A stretch of DNA of 64,000 nucleotides from a virus: positions 2,349-66,348 of IMG/VR virus record IMGVR_UViG_3300046314_000372; one strand, 5' to 3'. The translations under genes and the position numbers were made by a program. Shown piece after piece: positions 1-9,670 of this stretch (its first letter is position 1; the number at the start of each line of letters is the position of its first letter). The notes under the pieces are model-generated. The model searched no databases, was not told the DNA's origin, and worked only from the letters and a program-made list of their open reading frames with translations.

Positions 1-2882
1 CAGGAGTATCCTACACAGGGAATATTTCTGTCCCTGTTGGTAGTTGGTCACATATTGCAGTAAGCAGACAGTCTGGAACGCTAAGACAATTTGTTAATGG
101 CGTTTTAGCATACACCGGAATTGACATTAACACTGCGTTGGATTCTACTGGAGGCATAAGATTAATGGCCTCCAATGATGCGGCTCAGTACTTAGGTTAT
201 ACCTCCAACATACGCATTGTCAAAGGAACCGCACTTTACACAGCCAACTTCACACCACCTACCCAACCATTAACCGCAGTATCTGGTACAAGTTTGTTAA
301 CACTGCAAAACAACCAACCTGCAAACAATAGTACATTCTTGGATTCCAGCTCGACCAACAGTTTGATTACTCGTACTGGTAACACTACTCAAGGATCTTT
401 TAGTCCTTATAGTCCCAGTGGCTGGTCAAACTATTTTGATGGTACCGGAGATTACTTGACCGTTACTGCCCCAACTACCTTAGGTACAGATAAGTTTACT
501 ATTGAGGCGTGGGTATACAGAACATCAGCCTCAGCAGACGAAAATATTCTTGTTCAAGGTGTTGGTGGTACCGATGGGTTTGGTATAGCTGTACTTGGTG
601 GCGCCCTACGCATACGATTTGGGGCAACTAATTTATTTACTAGCGCGGCTACTTTAACTCAAAACACGTGGTATCATGTTGCACTAGTAAGAAACGGTAC
701 TACTCTTACCGGGTACTTAAATGGAATAAGTTTTGGTACTAGTACAGATTCGTCAAACCAAACTGCCACACAATGGAACATTGGTCATTATGGTGCGGGT
801 AATTACTTATTTACAGGATATATCTCTAATCTACGTGTAGTAAAAGGCACCGCAGTTTATACTTCAAACTTTACTCCAAGTATTCAGCCACTAACTGCTA
901 TTGCAGGTACTAGTTTGTTGACCTGCGCCGACAACAGATTTGTTGATAAGAGTGCTAACAACTTTGCTGTCACTAGTACCGGTGATGTGCGAGTGGCTAA
1001 CTGGTCGCCATTTGCAGCACAAACACAAACTCCTGTGAGTTACAGCGCATATTTGGATGGTACTGGTGATTATCTAAGTGTTCCTTCAAATTCTGGTTTT
1101 CAATTTGGCTCAGATAATTTTACTATTGAATGTTGGGTTTATATTAATGCGTTCGGCACCGCCGGCACTTGGTTTGCAGGCCCGTGGGGAGTACCTGGTG
1201 GCACCAATAGATCGTGGGATTTTGCCTATTATCCTGCTGGCGGCGGCATTGTTTTTGGTTATAGTACTAATGGTACCGATGGTACAATTATAACAGGAAG
1301 TACAACACTTTCATTGAATACATGGTATCATGTTGCTGCTGTTAGGTCTGGAAATACATGTACTATATATCAGAATGGTATTTCTATAGGGTCGGCCTCG
1401 ATGGCTGGCACTACTATTAATCCCGGAACAAATTCATTATGGATAGGTGCAAATCCCGAAGATAATGGCGGTTCAAATTTTATGCTTAATGGGTACATTT
1501 CGAACCTTCGAGTAGTCAAAGGAACCGCACTTTACACAGCCAACTTCACACCACCAACTCAACCACTCACAGCAGTTGCAGGCACTAGTTTGTTAACTTG
1601 CCAAAGTGCAACATTTGCTGACAATTCAGCCAACCGTTTTGCAATTACCGCAGCAGGTAACAGTCGCCCTGTTACAGTAAATCCTTTTGGGTCTACATTT
1701 GTTAAAAGCAGTGGGTATAGTGCGGTGGAACACTCAGGTAGTATGTATTTTGATGGTACTGGGGACTACCTGTCCGGGTCGTTTATACCTCATAGAACAA
1801 GCCAACTTACTGTAGAGGCTTGGGTATACATTACAAACAGAAGCGTTGCAAGGTGTGTATTTACATCTCGCTCCGGAAACACAACCGACGGATTCCAAGT
1901 GTTGGTAGATTCTGGCGGCGAAATTCGTGTTGGCTATGCTGGTACCAACTTTCTTAATACAGCAGCAGCTACAGTAGTAGCAGGGCAGTGGTATCACATT
2001 GCGGTTACTCGTAATAGTGCAAACTTGATGACGATATGGGTTAACGGTGTTGCTGCCACAACAGCAACGGTAACAGCAAACTTTAGTAGTACTGTATTCC
2101 GAGCCGGAATTACTGCAGAAAATGGCAGCCCTATGTTAGGGTATATTAGCGATCTACGTGTTATTACAGGAAGCTCATTGTACTCTAGCAATTTTGTGCC
2201 ACCAGAAACTCCAGTATTGCCAGTTGCTAACACAACCCTGCTGCTCAACGGAACCGGTGCAGCTATTGCGGATGCCACAACCAAAAACGACGTGGAAACC
2301 GCGGGTGATGCAAAAATCAGTACAGCAGTTTCGAAGTTTGGTGGTAGTAGCATGTATTTTGATGGTAGTGGAGATCGTTTTTCTGTTGCTGACAGCCCTA
2401 ACATTAATTTAGGTTCTGGTAACTTTACTTTAGAGTGCTGGGTGTATTTTAATGCGGTTAATGCAGAGATGTGCTTGATTAATAAAGGCTGGCAATCTAG
2501 CGGTGCGGCGTATGCTAGCTATTCAGTATATATGACTAACACAGGATCACTGAGATTTAATTCTAGTTCGAACGGTGCTTCTTGGGATATTGCAAACGAA
2601 AAAGTTATAGGTTCGGCAACTGCAAGTACTTGGAACCATATTGCAATCACTAGGGCCGGGTCTACGTTCAGGGCGTTTGTTAATGGAAGTATAAGTTCTG
2701 CCTTTACTTTTACATCTACTCTAGCTCTTGCAAATATATCAGCACAAGCACTATTTATCGGTGGAAGAGCGGATGGCAATAGTTCGATCAATGGTTATTT
2801 ACAAGACGTCCGAATTACCAAAGGTGTTGCACGTTATACCACAAGCTTTACCCCGCCCACAAATGCGCTTAGGCTAAAATAA
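1..2882 (+). CDS. LamG / concanavalin-A-like lectin repeat protein (tail fibre-like), 5'-partial
   Basis: Reading frame is open from position 3 with no stop before the window start. Four or more repeats of the motif 'FDGTGDYL..WVY..WYHVA..NG....YI.NLRVVKGTA.YT.NFTPP.QPLTA.AGTSLLT'. DNA-level repeats at ~200-300 and ~1500-1600. Confidence 0.55.
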   Translation, partial: GVSYTGNISVPVGSWSHIAVSRQSGTLRQFVNGVLAYTGIDINTALDSTGGIRLMASNDAAQYLGYTSNIRIVKGTALYTANFTPPTQPLTAVSGTSLLTLQNNQPANNSTFLDSSSTNSLITRTGNTTQGSFSPYSPSGWSNYFDGTGDYLTVTAPTTLGTDKFTIEAWVYRTSASADENILVQGVGGTDGFGIAVLGGALRIRFGATNLFTSAATLTQNTWYHVALVRNGTTLTGYLNGISFGTSTDSSNQTATQWNIGHYGAGNYLFTGYISNLRVVKGTAVYTSNFTPSIQPLTAIAGTSLLTCADNRFVDKSANNFAVTSTGDVRVANWSPFAAQTQTPVSYSAYLDGTGDYLSVPSNSGFQFGSDNFTIECWVYINAFGTAGTWFAGPWGVPGGTNRSWDFAYYPAGGGIVFGYSTNGTDGTIITGSTTLSLNTWYHVAAVRSGNTCTIYQNGISIGSASMAGTTINPGTNSLWIGANPEDNGGSNFMLNGYISNLRVVKGTALYTANFTPPTQPLTAVAGTSLLTCQSATFADNSANRFAITAAGNSRPVTVNPFGSTFVKSSGYSAVEHSGSMYFDGTGDYLSGSFIPHRTSQLTVEAWVYITNRSVARCVFTSRSGNTTDGFQVLVDSGGEIRVGYAGTNFLNTAAATVVAGQWYHIAVTRNSANLMTIWVNGVAATTATVTANFSSTVFRAGITAENGSPMLGYISDLRVITGSSLYSSNFVPPETPVLPVANTTLLLNGTGAAIADATTKNDVETAGDAKISTAVSKFGGSSMYFDGSGDRFSVADSPNINLGSGNFTLECWVYFNAVNAEMCLINKGWQSSGAAYASYSVYMTNTGSLRFNSSSNGASWDIANEKVIGSATASTWNHIAITRAGSTFRAFVNGSISSAFTFTSTLALANISAQALFIGGRADGNSSINGYLQDVRITKGVARYTTSFTPPTNALRLK

Positions 2883-2924
2883 TAAATAGCCGGAATATTC
2901 CGGCTATTTATTTAAAGGAACAAG

Positions 2925-3344
2925 ATGTTTTTTATTTTTAAAATTTTTCCAGACTGGATTTGGTGGCTTGTGCTAATAGCTGGATTTTTCGGCTATTTTT
3001 TAAGCCATTTAATTCCGGTAAAAATTTATGCTTTGCTATCCAAAACTTTGTCTGGTATACTGGTAGCAGTTGGAATTTTCGTTTTGGGTATGTTATATTG
3101 TGATAACACTTGGAAGGCAGCAGCAGCTGACCTACAGCAAAAAGTTGCAGAACTAGAAGTCAAGTCTCAAGAGGCCAATACGGTTATAAAAGACAGGCTA
3201 GTAACTCGTACACAAATTATAAAAGTACGTGGCGAGGATACTGTCAAGTACATAGATCGTGAGGTTGCCAAAACTGATCTAGGCTGTGTGATTTCTCCAG
3301 AATTTACTCAAGCACACAACCGTGCAGCGGAGCCGCTAAAATGA
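2925..3344 (+). CDS. membrane-anchored coiled-coil protein, i-spanin-like (possibly holin/spanin)
   Basis: N-terminal hydrophobic segments then a periplasmic coiled coil. Its 3' end overlaps the lipoprotein gene (ATGA), as in Rz/Rz1-type pairs. Confidence 0.4.
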   Translation: MFFIFKIFPDWIWWLVLIAGFFGYFLSHLIPVKIYALLSKTLSGILVAVGIFVLGMLYCDNTWKAAAADLQQKVAELEVKSQEANTVIKDRLVTRTQIIKVRGEDTVKYIDREVAKTDLGCVISPEFTQAHNRAAEPLK

Positions 3345-3607
3345 AGCTACCAATACTATTAGCCGCTGTGCTACTAACCGGGTGTACCACAGTGGTTCCG
3401 GTTACACAACCGTGGCCGGAAGCCCCAGGGCTTCAAGCAACCACTGGATGTTCCAACTTACAAAAACTTGCTGACAACCCTCAGTTGAGCCAAGTGGCCA
3501 AAACTGTCACCAACAACTACACAGAATACTATCAGTGTGCCACTAAACTGGATGCTTGGATCGACTGGTACCAGCAACAAAAACTTATCCACCAAGGACT
3601 TAAATGA
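3341..3607 (+). CDS. o-spanin-like outer-membrane lipoprotein
   Basis: Lipobox LLTGC after a signal peptide; Pro-rich mature region; embedded between the i-spanin-like gene and the endolysin. Confidence 0.5.
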   Translation: MKLPILLAAVLLTGCTTVVPVTQPWPEAPGLQATTGCSNLQKLADNPQLSQVAKTVTNNYTEYYQCATKLDAWIDWYQQQKLIHQGLK

Positions 3608-4224
3608 CCCATCAATTAAGCTATTCGGAATTACAACAATTAATTCCAAAGAATCCTTATGTCAAACAGTGGCACCAGGCATTGGCTCAACTACTACCAG
3701 ACTACGAAATTAATACTCCGCGTCGTATTGCTGCATTTGTAGCACAGTGCGCACACGAATCTGGAGGCTTTACAGCCCTTCGTGAGAACTTAAACTATCG
3801 TGCAGTTACATTACGCAAAATATTCCCAAAATATTTTCCCACTGATGAACTAGCACAGCAGTATGCGGGCAAGCAACAAGCAATCGCCAACCTAGTTTAT
3901 GCTAATCGTATGGGTAACGGCGGTCCTGAAACTGGAGATGGTTACAGGTATTCAGGCAAGGGTTTGATTCAACTAACTGGCAAGGATAACTATACTTGGT
4001 TTGCTGCTAGCCTAGATATTAGTGTTGAAGAGGCTGCACAATACTTGGAGACTTTTGAAGGTGCTGCGCAGTCGGCTTGTTGGTTTTGGGAAACAAACAA
4101 GCTTAATCAATGGGCAGATGCTGGAGATATACTAACCCTAACCAAACGTATCAATGGCGGTACTATTGGCCTAGAAGATCGAAAAAAGCACTACGAGCAT
4201 GCCTTACATGTTCTAGGAGAGTAA
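3604..4224 (+). CDS. endolysin, glycoside hydrolase family 19 (chitinase-like lysozyme)
   Basis: GH19 catalytic motifs 'AAFVAQCAHESGGF' and 'GKGLIQLTGKDNY'. Confidence 0.7.
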   Translation: MTHQLSYSELQQLIPKNPYVKQWHQALAQLLPDYEINTPRRIAAFVAQCAHESGGFTALRENLNYRAVTLRKIFPKYFPTDELAQQYAGKQQAIANLVYANRMGNGGPETGDGYRYSGKGLIQLTGKDNYTWFAASLDISVEEAAQYLETFEGAAQSACWFWETNKLNQWADAGDILTLTKRINGGTIGLEDRKKHYEHALHVLGE

Positions 4225-4225
4225 C

Positions 4226-4765
4226 TTGACCCGCATTAAATACTTTGTTCTAGCTAGTGCATTATTCTTAGGCAGTGCGCTAGCTCAGGATACTACCGTT
4301 AATACAAACAGCAGTGTAACTACCAAGTCAGATAGTTCTAGCACAATCAAATCTCCTCCAGCATCCGCTATTAGTCCTACGATTAATACCGCCAACAGTG
4401 ACTTATGTACTGTTGGCGTAGCAGGAGCTGTACAAACCCAGATACTTGGTATTAGTGCAGGTGCTACAGTTGTGGACCTTAACTGTGAGCGACTTAAGCT
4501 ATCCAAAACACTTTATGACATGGGCATGAAGGTTGCAGCTGTTAGTACCCTTTGCCAAGATCGCAGAGTTTTTGATGCAATGATGATGGCAGGCACTCCT
4601 TGTCCTTTTGACGGCACAATTGGCTCAGAAGCTCGTGCTGCCTGGCGTGCCAATGAAGCCCTGCAACCTAATACTAAGTCTACTATTGGAGGTATGACCA
4701 ATGAAACTAAGACACTACTTGGTGGTGGTGGTATTATTGCTCTGCTACTCCTACTCCTACTCTGA
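4226..4765 (+). CDS. secreted/envelope protein (signal peptide, C-terminal Leu tail)
   Basis: TTG start; N-terminal signal peptide; ends in LLLLLL. Confidence 0.3.
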   Translation: MTRIKYFVLASALFLGSALAQDTTVNTNSSVTTKSDSSSTIKSPPASAISPTINTANSDLCTVGVAGAVQTQILGISAGATVVDLNCERLKLSKTLYDMGMKVAAVSTLCQDRRVFDAMMMAGTPCPFDGTIGSEARAAWRANEALQPNTKSTIGGMTNETKTLLGGGGIIALLLLLLL

Positions 4766-5543
4766 AACCATTAGCGGTAAGTCCGCTAATGCTAGTAGCG
4801 GAAGTTTAGCATGGACTATGAATGAAGTACTGCCACAATATACTGGACTAACAGTTAACGCTGTTAGTTATCAGTATACTGCTGTTAAAAAAGCAGCAGA
4901 TCCATTTGTTGTTAGCGTACAAAATTCAAATGCACTTGGTACTGCGTACGTTTTTCGTAGCACAGATAACTGGACAGGGTTGCCTGGTAACACTATTACA
5001 AAAACGGTTCCAACTGAGAACATACCACTAAGTTACTGGGGGCCTGGACAAATACAGACTCAGGGGTTTGGCAGCGTATTAGATCCCAGTGTAGCCTATA
5101 GTTATAAATACGATACTTGCAAACTAAGTCCAGTAGTGGACACTAGTTGCAGTAACTATAAACCTAACATACCCGAAGTAAAACTACCAGAACAGCTGTA
5201 TAATACAGCCCCAAGTTTTGTTAGCAGTGAGTATATTCGCGAAGAGTATCAAAATAATCGTGTTGTATTAACCGAACCTGCAGAAAAGAAACCTAACGCT
5301 ACTAGGAGCGCTAATTCTTTGGTAACTGCACAAGCGGCTAAACAAGCTGCCGCCCTAGAAGCACTAAACAACAGCCCAGAATTTAAGCTATATACAATAG
5401 CCCTGCCTGGCGGCGTTTATCCAGAAACCTTAAAGTATGCCGACAAAGTACTACCGGATAGCAGCAGTAGTCGAAGACTAAACCTAAGTCAGCAGCGCTT
5501 ACACACACTAATGGTTGAGTCCCAACATAATCTCAGAAAGTAA
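4701..5543 (+). CDS. secreted protein
   Basis: ORF with N-terminal hydrophobic signal-like segment. Confidence 0.3.
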   Translation: MKLRHYLVVVVLLLCYSYSYSETISGKSANASSGSLAWTMNEVLPQYTGLTVNAVSYQYTAVKKAADPFVVSVQNSNALGTAYVFRSTDNWTGLPGNTITKTVPTENIPLSYWGPGQIQTQGFGSVLDPSVAYSYKYDTCKLSPVVDTSCSNYKPNIPEVKLPEQLYNTAPSFVSSEYIREEYQNNRVVLTEPAEKKPNATRSANSLVTAQAAKQAAALEALNNSPEFKLYTIALPGGVYPETLKYADKVLPDSSSSRRLNLSQQRLHTLMVESQHNLRK

Positions 5544-6045
5544 GAAAATGATTAAATCAATTTTATTAGCAATGGCACTATCTATCTCATTTGGCGCAAA
5601 TGCCGCCGAGGTGCCAATCAGGGGGGTTGTATCATCTAAATGTGTTATTAACACGGACACTCCTGGCATATACGGTAACCCAACGCCAGGTATGTTAAGT
5701 ACTGCAACTGTAGATGGTGGAGCTCCTGCAGTAATACGTTATGACGTAGTTCAAGCAGGTTACTACAAAGCAACAATTACTACACCTAACGGCTTTACAT
5801 CTAGCCCTAGTTTAGTAGATACGGTTAACTGGGCCGGCATTGTAAATGTTAGTCGCGTTACTGATGCAGCTATGTCTGCATATACTACCAACAAACGAGT
5901 ATACAACAATATTACCGAAATTGACTTAAGTGTACCAGGAACTGTTTGGTTTTCCGCTACTTCAAAAGCAGAGTATGGATACAACAAGTCTTTTCCAGCA
6001 GGTGAGTACCGAGCAGTTGTACTAGCGGAGTGTATAGCTCTGTAA
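5515..6045 (+). CDS. secreted protein (signal peptide)
   Basis: Signal peptide 'MIKSILLAMALSISFGANA'. Confidence 0.3.
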   Translation: MSPNIISESKKMIKSILLAMALSISFGANAAEVPIRGVVSSKCVINTDTPGIYGNPTPGMLSTATVDGGAPAVIRYDVVQAGYYKATITTPNGFTSSPSLVDTVNWAGIVNVSRVTDAAMSAYTTNKRVYNNITEIDLSVPGTVWFSATSKAEYGYNKSFPAGEYRAVVLAECIAL

Positions 6046-6049
6046 TACA

Positions 6050-6436
6050 ATGCGAATTTATTACACTTTTTTAGTGTTTGCATTATTATTTGGTGGGCAT
6101 GCAAATGCTCACCAATTTACTCCTACTTACCCTAAGTTTGAGCCGGCTTTTGTAGACGGAGTATTGCAGACCAAAATGGAGCTATTCAATAAACGACAAG
6201 AAGTAGAGTACTACGAGCTTGGTGTGTTTGACGAAAACTGGAACAAGGTTACTTTTGCAGCTTCTGAAAATAAGATAATGCACGTTGGGTACCTTGAAAC
6301 AAAAACCATAGAAGTATACGTAAAGACTCAGGACCTTAATAAGGCTGTATATATCTGTACTGAGTCCAGACTGTTCAAGGACAAGGGTCGAGAAACGCTG
6401 GTATCTTCTAAAATTTGTTCAAAGATTAAACCATGA
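6050..6436 (+). CDS. secreted protein (signal peptide)
   Basis: Signal peptide ...GGHANA. Confidence 0.3.
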   Translation: MRIYYTFLVFALLFGGHANAHQFTPTYPKFEPAFVDGVLQTKMELFNKRQEVEYYELGVFDENWNKVTFAASENKIMHVGYLETKTIEVYVKTQDLNKAVYICTESRLFKDKGRETLVSSKICSKIKP

Positions 6437-6840
6437 ATATTATTAAATATTTTTTGGCTATGTGCTTAATTGGCAGTTATTCGGTATACGCCCAAACAGG
6501 TTCATTAAACTTATCCCTACCAGGTGCCTATAGCAGTTACCAGTCAGATAGTTTCCGAGCTAATGGACTAGACTGCTCTATGGCTATTGGTTCTAGCACT
6601 AACGTTGAGTTTGGTGTTGTGGGTTTTGTAAACAAAGAAACCACAATTACTACAGCCCCAACAGATCCTGGCCGAAATATTGGAGTATACGGTAGAATTA
6701 CTATTCCCATAGGTGCTCCCAGGGAAAGGCTAGACTGCAATGAACTGTACCAACTAGAGCTACGTAAAAAACGAATTGAGGTTCAAAAACTTGAACGAGA
6801 GTTACTGAATCTTAAAAACTTAACCTTTGAGAATAAATAA
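6433..6840 (+). CDS. secreted protein (signal peptide)
   Basis: Signal peptide ...SVYAQT. Confidence 0.3.
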   Translation: MNIIKYFLAMCLIGSYSVYAQTGSLNLSLPGAYSSYQSDSFRANGLDCSMAIGSSTNVEFGVVGFVNKETTITTAPTDPGRNIGVYGRITIPIGAPRERLDCNELYQLELRKKRIEVQKLERELLNLKNLTFENK

Positions 6841-7411
6841 GGATACAATGTCTGATGATAAAAATTTAGATAAAAAAGTTGCCGAATTAGAATCAGCTGC
6901 TAAAAAGTACGCTAGTAAAGACACGGTTATTAGCATTGGTGGTTACGAGTTTACTCCAGCTAAACTTATGGTAGCTTTTACACTGGCTAGCTCACTATTA
7001 GGCGGTTTATATGGTGCATTTGAAGTATACAAAGACTATCAAAGCATGAAGAAAAAGATTGCAGAGTATTCTGCACCTGACCTTAGCGAATTCGATAAAC
7101 GACTAGCCGTCATAGAAGAAAATTCTCAGAAGACCAGTGACTATACCCGAGACATAAAAAACGACTTAAAAACTGATTTACGTCGAAACGAGAATGTCAC
7201 AGAACAAGTTGAGCGTAGCGTTAAGCAAGCTCAGCGAGAAACTGATCAAGACTTAAAATCGGCCCAAAAAGATCTGCGTACAAGCCTAGACCGTAACCGC
7301 GATGATATGGATAAACTAAAGCGAGAACTAGAGTCCAAATTAGACCGACTAAGTAAGTCCGTGGATGATAAGATTCAAAAGGCAATCGACAATCCACTAG
7401 CAGGGAAATAA
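6827..7411 (+). CDS. membrane-anchored coiled-coil protein
   Basis: One TM segment plus a long charged coiled coil. Confidence 0.3.
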   Translation: MRINKDTMSDDKNLDKKVAELESAAKKYASKDTVISIGGYEFTPAKLMVAFTLASSLLGGLYGAFEVYKDYQSMKKKIAEYSAPDLSEFDKRLAVIEENSQKTSDYTRDIKNDLKTDLRRNENVTEQVERSVKQAQRETDQDLKSAQKDLRTSLDRNRDDMDKLKRELESKLDRLSKSVDDKIQKAIDNPLAGK

Positions 7412-7412
7412 T

Positions 7413-7694
7413 ATGAATGATTTAAGAATGGTAAAGTGGCTGGTATTTTTACTAGCACTACCAATTGGTTTGGCTTATTTTGGAGGAGACCGATTTCGAT
7501 ACCCGTGTCAAGATCCAGATAATTGGGATAAGAAAATTTGTCAGAAGCCTACCTGTGACGTTACACGTACTTGTCCAGAGCATGTTTTTAAAGGTCAACG
7601 CGATCCACGCCTTGGGCCTCCAGAAGAAGCCCAGAATATATTGGCTAAGCAACAATTAGCTAAACCTACCCTAGGATGCCCTAATGTCAAATAA
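7413..7694 (+). CDS. small Cys-rich secreted protein
   Basis: Signal-like N-terminus and 6 Cys. Confidence 0.25.
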   Translation: MNDLRMVKWLVFLLALPIGLAYFGGDRFRYPCQDPDNWDKKICQKPTCDVTRTCPEHVFKGQRDPRLGPPEEAQNILAKQQLAKPTLGCPNVK

Positions 7695-8148
7695 TAGTTT
7701 TATTTATACCGATGAGCAATTAATGGCTCGCCTTAAGTTCTTTATTGGTGTATGCTTAGCTCTTACGCTTACAGGAATTGTTTTTGTTGTACTATACAGC
7801 TTGATATTTGTAACACAACCACTAAACGCCATTAGTCCAATTGACCAAAAGTTCTTTGAACTAATCGTACCTATTGCCACATTTTTAACGGGTACACTGT
7901 CTGGAATTATGTTAGCGGGTGGTAGCAAGGAAGAAGTAGATGCATCAATTGCGCTAATGAAACAAGCACAAGATAACGCAGCTGCTGCAGCTAAAACAAG
8001 CTACATCCCACCAGTGCACAAGCAAGAACCAAGTTTTAATCCAGGTATATCAACTACTCCAGGATTTAATGGTACATCGGCGCAGGCTGAGATTCGTATG
8101 GTTAACGGAAAACCAGCACCACAACCAGCACCACAACCGGAGATTTAA
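7684..8148 (+). CDS. membrane protein
   Basis: Two hydrophobic helices and a PQPAPQP tail. Confidence 0.3.
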   Translation: MSNNSFIYTDEQLMARLKFFIGVCLALTLTGIVFVVLYSLIFVTQPLNAISPIDQKFFELIVPIATFLTGTLSGIMLAGGSKEEVDASIALMKQAQDNAAAAAKTSYIPPVHKQEPSFNPGISTTPGFNGTSAQAEIRMVNGKPAPQPAPQPEI

Positions 8149-8149
8149 T

Positions 8150-8353
8150 ATGAATAAGTTATTTTGGGTACTTTTAATGGGTTTAGGTATTTTCTCCCTA
8201 TCCTACAACAACCCTGCTTTTGCCGCAGAAACTAAAAAAGTATGTGTTGAGCAAACAGATGCCAAGACTAAAAAAGTCAAGCAAGTCTGCAAAGAAGTTA
8301 AAGTGCATAAAAAGCTAGAAGGTACCCAGGTACCCGACAAAAAGGCTAAGTAA
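8150..8353 (+). CDS. small Lys-rich secreted protein
   Basis: Internal ATG at 8150 followed by a signal peptide; track ORF 8069..8353 likely starts here. Confidence 0.3.
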   Translation: MNKLFWVLLMGLGIFSLSYNNPAFAAETKKVCVEQTDAKTKKVKQVCKEVKVHKKLEGTQVPDKKAK

Positions 8354-8361
8354 ATTTTCAA

Positions 8362-8390
8362 TTGACAGTGATTTTATCTCGTGGTAAAAT
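8362..8390 (+). promoter_or_regulatory. sigma70-consensus promoter (TTGACA-N17-TAAAAT) for phoH
   Basis: TTGACA at 8362-8367, 17-nt spacer, TAAAAT at 8385-8390; the AAGGA RBS + ATG follow at 8431. Confidence 0.5.
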
Positions 8391-8430
8391 AATACGTTGC
8401 CCGAGATTTTACAAACCAACAAGGAAACCC

Positions 8431-9189
8431 ATGGCAAGAAATAGTGGTAAAACCCATCGCACCTTTCCAGCAAAGAAGTCTAGTAACCGCCCTTCTCAGG
8501 AAGAAAAGTCTAGACTGCGCACAGAAAAACATGCTGGAGCTAGCGAGCCTCAACCTCAACGTAATTATACCTTCAAAGAAGTTCAACCACTAAACTTCGT
8601 ACAAGGTGAGTACCTGGAAGCAATTAAATCCAACGATATTATATTTGGAATCGGCTCAGCCGGTACAGGTAAAACATTCATTGCAGCTAGCTATGCTGCA
8701 TCAGAATTGTTTCACAAGCGTGTAGACAAAGTTATTTTAACCCGCCCTAACATTGAAACAGGACGTGGATTAGGCTTCCTACCAGGTACTCTAGAAGAAA
8801 AGTATGCTCCATACTTGCTGCCTTTTGATGCAATCTTTACTAAGGCTCTTGGAAAAGGGTTTTATGAATATTGCTTGAAATCAAAAGACATTGACCCTAC
8901 TCCGCTGGGGTTTTTACGCGGAACTACTTTTGATAACTGTATTGTTTTAGTAGACGAGGCACAAAACTGTACTCGCGAAGAAATGAAAATGCTCTTATCA
9001 CGTATTGGTAAAAATTGCAAGATGATCTTTTCAGGCGATACAGAGCAGTCAGATATTCCTGATAGTGGTCTAGAAGATGCCGTTGATCGTTTAGAAGGTA
9101 TTGATGGTATTGAGGTAATAGAATTCCTTGATGAAGACATTGTACGTAGTAAGATGTGTAAACAGATTATTATGGCATACCGTAGTTAA
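8431..9189 (+). CDS. phoH: PhoH-like ATPase
   Basis: Walker A 'GSAGTGKT', 'VDEAQN', 'FSGDTEQ'. Start chosen at the RBS-preceded ATG downstream of the promoter rather than the TTG at 8362. Confidence 0.75.
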   Translation: MARNSGKTHRTFPAKKSSNRPSQEEKSRLRTEKHAGASEPQPQRNYTFKEVQPLNFVQGEYLEAIKSNDIIFGIGSAGTGKTFIAASYAASELFHKRVDKVILTRPNIETGRGLGFLPGTLEEKYAPYLLPFDAIFTKALGKGFYEYCLKSKDIDPTPLGFLRGTTFDNCIVLVDEAQNCTREEMKMLLSRIGKNCKMIFSGDTEQSDIPDSGLEDAVDRLEGIDGIEVIEFLDEDIVRSKMCKQIIMAYRS

Positions 9190-9192
9190 AAG

Positions 9193-9229
9193 AAAAGCCC
9201 CTAACTATTGCTAGTTAGGGGCTTTTTTG
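9193..9229. terminator. bidirectional rho-independent terminator at the strand switch
   Basis: 10-bp GC-rich stem (gcccctaact / agttaggggc) flanked by an A-run and a T-run; convergent genes on both sides. Confidence 0.55.
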
Positions 9230-9230
9230 T

Positions 9231-9668
9231 TTATACTTCCATACTTGAATAGAGCATCCAACCATGTTTACGGTGTTCGTCAACACGCTCACTTAAAAAT
9301 GCACACAAACCTGCTTCAGAATATTCTTCTGCTAGTGCGTATGCTGCCATTAGGTCTTGATGGACTTTTCCATTATCGACGTATAACGTGCGCAGCATTT
9401 CATTTTTAGGTAACACTTCCAGAGTGTCCGCAATCGACGAGTGTTCTGATAGTTGTGAAAAACTAGCAGGCACATAACAACGTAAAGCACGAAGACGCTC
9501 AGCAAAATCATCGAGTTCATCGTCTACCTCATCGTATATTTTTCCAAACAGTTCATGGTATTGTAAAAAATCAGCACCTGTTACATTCCAGTGAAAGTTT
9601 TCTGCTTTAACTAAAAAAGCATATGTTGTTGCAAATGCACGTTTAAGTGCAAGTTTAAGATCATCCAT
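9231..9668 (-). CDS. Dps-like ferritin (DNA-binding protein from starved cells family)
   Basis: 'FHWNVTGADFLQYHELF' and 'DDFAERL' match Dps ferroxidase-site motifs. Confidence 0.65.
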   Translation of the reverse strand: MDDLKLALKRAFATTYAFLVKAENFHWNVTGADFLQYHELFGKIYDEVDDELDDFAERLRALRCYVPASFSQLSEHSSIADTLEVLPKNEMLRTLYVDNGKVHQDLMAAYALAEEYSEAGLCAFLSERVDEHRKHGWMLYSSMEV

Positions 9669-9670
9669 TG

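Noticed and set aside
1078-2791. Small ORFs embedded in or antisense to large genes (1078..1293, 1734..1997-, 1994..2404-, 2158..2412, 2519..2791-, 10189..10539, 11561..11860, 12687..12869, 13115..13411-, 21014..21747, 21498..21986-, 26558..26863-, 28361..28837, 33205..33624 and similar)
   Set aside because: They sit inside strongly supported genes on the other strand or frame (LamG fibre, RNR, helicase, ligase and others) and show repeat-driven or low-complexity composition.
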